Shown here: piece by piece, positions 1-9,000 of the stretch
Layout: each line of letters starts with the position of its first letter
Numbering within the stretch: the stretch's first letter is position 1
Assembly (NCBI GenBank): GCA_964387845.1
Contig: CAYLXA010000010.1
Location: forward strand, 37,059 to 101,058
Direction of reading: 5' to 3'
From: an uncultured bacterium
GTDB lineage: Bacteria > Omnitrophota > Omnitrophia > Omnitrophales > Abzuiibacteriaceae
Length of the DNA: 64,000 bases
Notes under the pieces: model-generated
Told to the model about the DNA's origin: nothing
Databases searched by the model: none
The model's input: the letters and a program-made list of their open reading frames with translations, nothing else
Made by a program: the position numbers and the translations under genes

Positions 1-3000
1 AATGATCCTGATTCGAGCGTAAATATCTCACATATTGAAATAATTTCGCATTACGTTCATAAACACCTTCTTTTAGTTTGTCAGTACGCAAATGACCGCT
101 GACAGGATCCAAGGCATAAACTTTAGAGGAGCCCAATCCTGTGAAAAATAAAACGCCTTGAGTGAAGGTGATAAGCGGCGTTGAAACTATTTCATCGGGA
201 AATACTTGCTTCAAATCGAGAACGCCTTTTTCAAATTTGGCATGATCTGGCTTTCCGTCACTCATCCGAAACGCGTGAATATAAGCCTGGCCTTTCCGGG
301 CTCTGTCATCAACCGGATGGACATCTGTCTTTCGATAATAAGCAGCATACAAAGTTTGTCCATCTTCGCTCACGGCCAACGAGTTAATCCGTGCTTCCGG
401 GTCAATCTTTTTAACCTCGTCCGACAAATTTAAACGTCCGTTCGACCACTTTTCAGACATTAATGCTTTGCGATCTAAATCAACTGCTAAAATGTCACCC
501 GTGAACGAAGTCAAAATGTAAGCCGCATTTCCTCTGGCCACCATTTCACGAGGCATGTCCTGAGACGAGATATGAAAGAATCTCTCATTATTTTGCCGCA
601 ACTCGGAGCGGGTTTCGGGCTTCGCTTCCATTAGTTTTTTAATTTGAGCGCGTGCTTCTGCAATCATTTGATCCGTAATTTCACCCTGCTCTTTGCCGAG
701 CGCCCCCAAGATTTTCGAATCTAAATTGCTTTTTTGGCTGAGTTCTAAACTGTCATAACCGATGTCTTTTTTCAATTGAACGATCTTTTTATAATTAGAA
801 AAGGTGCGAAGAAAATTAACAACCGGATCCAGCGAGACATGCTGCCCATCGTCAGTTGCATAAGATCCCAGCAAATCCAGAGTGGTTGTTGCAATCATCA
901 ATTCAATTGCCTGGTTAAATTGATCTTCGCCGCGGATGCCTGCCTGCTCAAATTCCTGCCTTAATTTCTCCAATTGTTGAGCACGATGAATCGAAAACGC
1001 AAAAATGTGATGTTTAATGATTAATTTCAAAAGCGCATTGCTTGAAACGTCCATTTCACCGAAGTGAATATGATTGTCACTTAACACGCGAAATGATTCG
1101 AGTTCATGGCCCGGAAATGAATGGTCTCCATTCTCTTTGAACTGCATTTTGGTTTTCTTGCCGATATCATGAAGCACGATAAATGCTTCCAATATCGCGC
1201 GGTCTTTTGCATTCCAATCCTTAATCAGATTGATCGCATCTTTGGGCGCTGTAGTGTTTCGGTCAATTTGATTGAGTGCCGAGAGAATGGCTTGTAAATG
1301 GTCCTGAAGTTTAGCATTCTGGCCGCCTTCCCTATGAAACAGGCTGTGATAATGAGGCGTTTCCAAAAAATCCGCATATTGATCCGGAATGCCAGATAAC
1401 TGTTTCACCAATTCATCCAATGCTGAAGCCGGCCCATACTGGCGCAGCTCGGAGCGCTGTTCTTTTATCCATTGCACCAAACGCCGATAGTCAGTAACGC
1501 GAAGCGACATGCGGGAATTTCCGGGATTCGGCGCTATGATAAACTGGTCGGCGGTTCCTCGAACCTTTTGGTACACAAAGACGAGAAACATACCGTAAAA
1601 CCCCTGTGATTCCGGAAGGCCCCGGGCAACCCAATCCGCTTCAAGAATTGACCTGAGGACATTTGCCTTGATGGTCAACTCGTCCGGTTCCTTGTTTGCA
1701 TCTAATTGTGCGATGACGGATTGAAAATATTGCAGAACTACCGCGTTTCTCCGTTGACTTTGAAGATCATTCCCCAATCCTTCAAAAAGTTTTTGCGTAA
1801 AGCGCTGCGCATTACCCATTTGATTTAAATCACGGACCAATGCCCGATATTCGCGCCGGTAAGCAAGCCATTCGTCTTCCAAATGCATATCAACGGAGCG
1901 CACAACCTTCTTAAATGCTTCCGGACTTGTTATCAATGGCTCCATGTCTGATTTGCCATGCAATTGCTTAACAAAATCAATCAGATATTTCATGCCCTCA
2001 TCTGCTTCTCTGGCCAATGCGGCATTGATCAAGTGCGTACCTTCATGGATCATGACATATTTAATAATCAGAGGTGGAAAATGAAGCGCGAAGTCACGAT
2101 TGATAGTCACATGAGTCACGCTTCCGTCTAATGAAGTTTTTATACGTGCATACGAATGCCTCTGCAAAGAGCTTAATAAAGTGTCATCGAGAACGGGATT
2201 TTTTTTAAATGCCTCGATAAATTTTAATGCTGTTTTTTGATCGTCTAGGTTTGAAATTTCGGAAGCAATTTTTTCAAGGCGGTCCACAACCGCTTGAATT
2301 TCAGGGAGAAATTCGGGAGTTCTGATCCACCGCAAGATAGGCCATGCAGCAAATAAAGCGGTTGTTCCTGCACCGATTATTATTTGCCTGCGGCTTGGCA
2401 GCCAAAATTTCTTAGCAGGCTCTTCGCTTTTTACTCCCTGACGCCGCTCCTTATTTTTTCGTCCGTTCTCACTTGCGCGCAGCTCGGCGCGGGAATTTCC
2501 GCTTGGAAGCTTGATGTTAAATTCTGCGGCTGCGTGGGCCAGCGCACGGTCGCGGTGCTCTCCATACATCAAAGCTTCCCGATGATTGTTTAGGCCTTTT
2601 TTCTTCCGAATTCGCTTTGCTTTATGCACAGAAGCCCTGGTTGAGTACTTCAAAGAAAGCGGCGCTGCCGGAAGCTGAATGCCGAACCGTTTCGCAGCAT
2701 TGTAAAGCGCCCTGTCCCGATGCTTGCCTCGGGTTAACTCGCGGGCATGACTTTTCCATTTCTTCTTCTCGCGTTTTTTTAACTCCCTGCGAACAGATCC
2801 TTCGGTTGGATACTCAAAGGGCACACCTCTTTTTCTTAATTCGGAACGATGATTAGAAACATGAACTTTTGAGCGAACGGGAAGCTGCTCTGATAAAACC
2901 GCTTCGAGCATTTGATCTTTAATCCACCAATGAATCGGGCCATTTTGTTTTGTCCAATCACGAATCGCATAACCCACTTCCTTTTGAGCTCGAATAAATA

Positions 3001-6000
3001 AACTTTCCATATTCCCATTACCATTTTGTGCCCGCGCGATCTGCTCGGCGAGACCTCGATAAATTCTGGCCGGCTCGAACTGATTGCGCCCATTAGAAGA
3101 TTGATTTTTCTGAAACGTCGAAACCGCTTCCTCAATGCCGATATGTGTCAACGCATTCTTGGCATTAAAAGATGCGGCGATTCGATCTATTTGCCTTTTC
3201 ATTTTTCTAAAATATTTCTTCCACGAAACAAAAGCCGGTTTTTCTCCGGCGCGCCGGATATCGAGCCCCAGCAAGATGCGATTTTGAATCAATTCTCCTT
3301 CTGGAATTTGATCTAAATAAAGGCCGTATCGCCCCTCAAAATTCTTTTCGTATTCAATTAATTCATCGCGCCAATCTTCAAGTTGTTTGGCATCAACGGC
3401 ACCGATTAAATTTAGTTCATAAATCAGATGAAGAGCGCGGCCTGCAAGGCCCAACCACCTGACGGCGTGAAGTAATTCGGAAGATTGGGTGTGTTTTTTC
3501 GCTTTATTGAGCGAGCTTCGGATCTGAATTTTCAGAATTCTGGATTTTCTTTGGCGCCTGTCAAATTCTTCAAACTCATCTTGGCTCATAGTTGGCTCAA
3601 TAATTAGTTTGGCATTTTTAAATAACTGCTTGAGCGCTCGATCTTGATGCAAACCCCTCTCATCCGTCCATTGTTGCCATGTCTGCTCGGAGGATTTTGT
3701 CGGTGAAAGCGGCTTTCTATCCCGTCCGGCTTTCGTTATTTTAAGGTTTCCGGTCTCAGCCCAATAACCCAGCCGTTTTGCTTCAAGTTGAATCAGATAT
3801 CGCTCGGTTCCCTCAAGCGGACCCGGAACAAATTTTTGAACACCAACTAAACCACGGTCCGTCAGATAAGCACTATAAACAAAATCAACCAAATGGCCTT
3901 TTCGATCGGTCTTTGGATTGGTGCTATACAAATCGATCCGCTTTGTAAAAGTCCGGCCATCTTGCTTTTCTTGAACATTGCGAAACACCATGAAAAATCT
4001 TCGCGGCTTTTCCGGAGTACCTACGCCCGCCCACTTAGGCCGGAGCGGTATGAAAAACCTTGTGTTTTTTGGCTTTAAAAATATTCCTGTTTGATGGCGG
4101 TTATGGTTGTGGCTATGCGTTATGGTTTTTGGCTCAATGGGAAGCGGTTCCTCTCCCGTCTTGATCCACTGTTGTATGCGTCTTTGAAATTCTTCTTCAT
4201 CTTTTAGAAATTGCTTGGTTTCCAAATCCACGTAAAACACGACCTGATGCTCCGGTTTATTCGAAACTTTTCCGCGTGCGATTCTCCTCACCCGCCAATA
4301 AACATTCTGCTTGAATGAGAAAACGGTAATTTCTAGGTCATCCCGATTTGAAAAATATTGTGAGGGCAGATAGAGCCGGCGCATGTTTTTTGCTTTTGGT
4401 AAGGGGAAAAACACGGTATTGGCATATTTGCCTTTTCGGACATGTTTTAAAACAGCCTCTTTCAAAATTCTAACGGCAGGAGGGCCGGATTCGCGTTGAA
4501 AAGTTAAATGAAAAAGTTCCTTGCGGACCTGTTCAAACTGATCAGGAAAAATAATTCCTTGCTTAGGTTGAAAACCGGTTAACGCATCAAATTCGAGCGT
4601 TCCCACTGCAGGCCTGAAAGGAAGTAAATGAACCTGCATTTGCGGACGGCGTTTGTCATCCGCGGAATCCCGGGTCCATATGACGCGCGGTTCTCCGGTC
4701 GGATATTGAAAAAGAGCCCACTTAACCGGCACTTTTGCTTCATGCAATTGGCCGTTTCGAAGATAAGAAAAGGATGTAATGAAAGGCGGTCGTCTTTTTT
4801 GTAGTCGCTGAAAAATACTATCCTGGTATGCATGAAGGCGCCGCGGGATCATAAAGCCGGAGGGTTGCGCCCGTTGGCCCATTAAAAAATCCCGTAAAAG
4901 CTGAGAACGCGAGCTATCGCGAACTTTGTTTGTGCGAAAATGGTCGGCCAATTCCATTTCCCGAATCAAAAACCGGTAACTCTCCTGAGGATCCACTTGA
5001 ATTCCCAAACCTGCTTCGCCTCCGGTTGTGTTACCAATTTTCTGAGTTTGTGATGAAACATAAGAAATAAAACGGCCTTCCCCTGCCGCGGCCAATAATT
5101 TCTGTTCATCCCAATTGACCATGAATAAGCGCGGATCATCCGTTTTGAGGAGCGCTGAATGGCTTTCCGGTGACAGAAGCCAAGCACGCTCCAAAAGATC
5201 TGCCCGATCTAATAGTGCCGCTGTTGAAATCCGGCCAAGGCGAATAAAATCTGAAACAGTTATCTGATGCGCAAATAACTGACTCTCACGATATTGGCGT
5301 TCTTCATTCGAAAGCGAAGCCAGATAAGGAAGCGCGTCTGTTTGAGAAAGATCTTCTTCCTTTGAAATACGGCGCGACGAAGATGGGCGTGGCTTCGGAA
5401 CGATTTGCATTGTTTCGCTATTTTGACGCAGCTCGGAGCGGGATTGAGACTGTTTTTGGCGAATTAATTTCACGGCTTCACGAACGCTAACACCCTTGCC
5501 TCGCATATCCATGTAATCAAATGCTAAATCTGCGTTTCCGTTGCTTAATTTCCAGGCAATAAACGCATTAATCACCGCATACGGATACATCCATCCTTGT
5601 CCTTTGTCTGTTAATGGATTCGGATCAAAGACACCGAAATTTTGCCGAGTCATTCCAATGGCATTTTCTTCTGCATATTCGTAAGCTTTATCGCCGGCTT
5701 CCCTGAGACTTCGGTCCAATTCTGCAGGCAATTGATCAACATACATCATCATTACTTCCCCGATACTGGTACCTTTATTGAAATTTCCTTTTACATATTT
5801 TTCAAAGAAAGATTGTTTTAATATATTGAGATCCCCTTTACTTTTTTGCAAGATTCTTAATGCGGCATAACCTTCGGCAAGTAACGCATCGTTATCAATA
5901 TATTTCAAACCAGATCTAAGTTTTTTTCCAAATTTATGCGTCAATTCGTGAGCAATTAGAAGACGGAGTCCCCACCCAGAGCCCATGCGTTTTAATTCGT

Positions 6001-9000
6001 TAGGATTAATTCGAATTCCATAATCAAATCCCGTGGCAAGCGTGTCGGGAAGCATTGCCACAGCAGTCGGTTTATTTTTAATCCAGATTGTTACGCCGAC
6101 AGCAGCCAGACCGATAGCAGCAAAACCAAATAAAAAATCACGACGTGTTAGTTTTTGTTTCGATTTAGTTTTATTTTTTCTTTCTAAGAAATATTTGAGG
6201 GAAAATATTGAGAAAATTCCGCTCAACAATGATAAGAAAATGGATAAGAATGTTAGGTATGCTTTTGGCTGCTCGATTGCAACCCCTATTGAGTCTGTTA
6301 AACGATTAATCAATTCTTCTTTTTGTTGCACAGATAAATCAACGGCGTAACGATTTATAAAAAACTCAACTTCTTCCCGTACAATTTTTCTCTGTTCTTG
6401 GTCTAATTGAAAAACAAACGGTTTGTTCGATTCGCGCAACTCGGAACGGGATTTTCTCAAATCTATGTCAAGTAAATGCTGCAAAGCTAATCTCACCTTC
6501 TCTTCTTCCATGCCATCCAACTCTTGAAGTTGCCGGTCTGTAAATGCTTGGATCAAGCGTGCCATGGCTATGGACCGTGTAGAAAATTGATGCAGGTAAT
6601 CATCAACGATCTGTTTTTGTTTTGCGCTTACTTGTTCCATCGAAATTTCGTTACGAGGAGGAAGGTTAAATGGATTTGGCGAACTATCATTTTGATTTAA
6701 ATCATCGTAAGCTTGCCACAGAGCTCCGTTCTTACCGTAAAAATATTTGCCCCACAATTGCATTCTGATATCTGAAACTTCCTTCCATTCTTTGTCGGCA
6801 TCATTGATATCGGTTTCAAAAACGTATGGCGCTTTTTCCTCATTAATTCCAATCGACGCCTCAAGCGGACCAAAAATAAGCGCCCCAGATTCAGAATCGA
6901 CAGTGTTAAGGCCTTCTTGAACATAGCCATGCAGGGTATGATTCATGAGCCAATTGAAATAATCATGCACAACTTGATTAAATCTCTTCGCACTCATTGA
7001 TCTTCCATTCCAATGCTCTGCGAGAAGCCTGTCAAAAGCGCTTTTCTCTCTCGACGCGCCATTTTCTATAGGTTCTGAACGCAGCTCGGCCCTTGAGCCG
7101 AGCGGGCTCAAGGACGGCTTCGGCATCGCAGCTCGTTGCGGCAAAGTCCGAGCCGCCCTTTGTTGCAGCAGTTCCGACTTCGAATCGGCTGGAGTCGAAG
7201 TACGGACAGTCCTCAACTCCGCTCGAGCTGAGGACTCAGCGTGGACGGGGTTTAAATTAGGTGCTTTTTTTACAATTTTATTATCGCTATTTTTTATATT
7301 GACAAAGCCCTGATTGTTTGATATAAAAAAAGTCCCTTCGCGCGCAAACTTTAGGAAAGAAGAGAAAATACGATGACCAAAATTCCAAAGCCCGGCTCCG
7401 AATATTCTGAAGAGCGTGAATTCCGCGTCATTTTGGAGCATCTTGAAAGCCAGTTCCGTACTTTTGGTGAGGGGATGAACCGGATGGAACAAAAACTTCA
7501 AAAACTGGACGGCATTGATCGCAGACTGACTAGCGTAGAAGAAGATGTTGGATTGATTAAGGTCAATCTTAAACAAATTAATATTGATCTTAGAGAAGTC
7601 AGAGGTGATATCATGGTTCTGAAAACTGACGTTAGAGTCTTGAAAAGCGCTTTCAAACCATTCACCGCCCAAGTTTCCGATCACGAGCACCGGATTTCCG
7701 CTCTTGAGCGTTCCCGTTAAACGCAATTCCGATCGACTTAAAGGTAGCTGCAATACCTTCGTGATATGATTTTCAACCCATGGCCATAATTCTTTTGTGA
7801 TAGATTTGAAATAATCGGAAGAAACTTGATACGGGCGCGCGCCAAACTGGATCTGATTGGCCAAATCAACCAAATCTATTAAGTGCCGCGCATCGGCTCC
7901 GATGAGATAGAAAAGAAATAAGTATTCCTGGGCAATTGTCAAACCACCTTTATTTTGCCGACTAATGACCAGGAATGCGTGATATCTCAAAGATTCTTCC
8001 AAGATCACCTCTGGATTCCCTTTTGAATCAAACAAGCGAGCTTGTTTGATCCTTTGATTGAACAATGCCGTGTTGCGCTTTTGCTTTAATGCGTTTTCTA
8101 TAAACAACGGGTGATACAAATCTTGATTGTATGCCCAGTGCAGAAAACGGAATTGGCTGAAACTCTCGTAAAATTCGGATGAAATATTTTCAGCAGCTAA
8201 TCTTGAGATATCGGATAAATGTTTAACTGCAAAATTGGGAATTCCTGATTTTTGAGGCCACCTTCTTTCTCCTAACGGAATTTTCTGAAATTCTTGCATA
8301 ACACCTTGTAATTCTGAAACATTTTTCGGCATCCAATTTTTTGATTTTGACAAATAATGAACCCCATAAGCTTCCCTGACAATGACAGATGCCAAGTTTT
8401 CAACAAAATAATCCTCGGCATATGGAAATTGGTTAATCAATTTCACGGAATCAAAAAAAGATTTCACGTTGATTTCTAAATCGATTTTTCCGTTCTCATC
8501 AATTGTTTTTTGAAAATGAATCCCCAAATTAGCTGCTTCCTGCGGCAGCAGTTTAGCCTGTTTGACTAATTCGGAGTAATTCTTAAGAATGTCAGTATTC
8601 GGATATCCTTTGGCAATTAACCAGTCGATTGTTTTTTGAATAGCGTTTTGAACACTTGCTAAATCGGCACGCGAAAGTTGAATCTCGTCCATCAGGGATT
8701 TATTTTGTTTAAAAGATTTTCGAACGGCGTAAATCGTACCTGCTATCAATGAACCGCTGACGGTTAAGCCTAGCCCATATTTAATAACGGTTCTTCGTGA
8801 TAAATCCGTTCCTCCTTTTGTCTCTTTTGTTTTATCTTTTTCTTTTGTTCTCAGCTCGGACTTCTTTTGAGTATTTCGTATCTCGTGAAACGTATCTCGG
8901 TGCAGCGGCTCAGCGTGGTTTGCTTCGGGATTCGTGACCCGCGTATCGTGTTTCGCAACCGATTCACGATTCACGAACGACGATTCACTGGATTGATTTT

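Noticed and set aside
181-6930. Short track ORFs 181..387(+), 206..433(+), 776..964(+), 2384..3316(+/-), 3893..4078(+), 4579..5187(-), 6033..6350(+), 6697..6930(-)
   Set aside because: All are out-of-frame or antisense shadows of the giant ORF, with low-complexity or Cys/Arg/Phe-rich products, no RBS, and overlap with better-supported coding.
7260-7372. Treating the AT-rich promoter-bearing stretch as an intergenic spacer that splits 1-9178 into two genes (9178-7740 and 7234-1)
   Set aside because: There is no in-frame stop anywhere between 9196 and 1 on the minus strand, so an upstream gene would have no terminator codon. Kept only as an alternative requiring a sequencing error.
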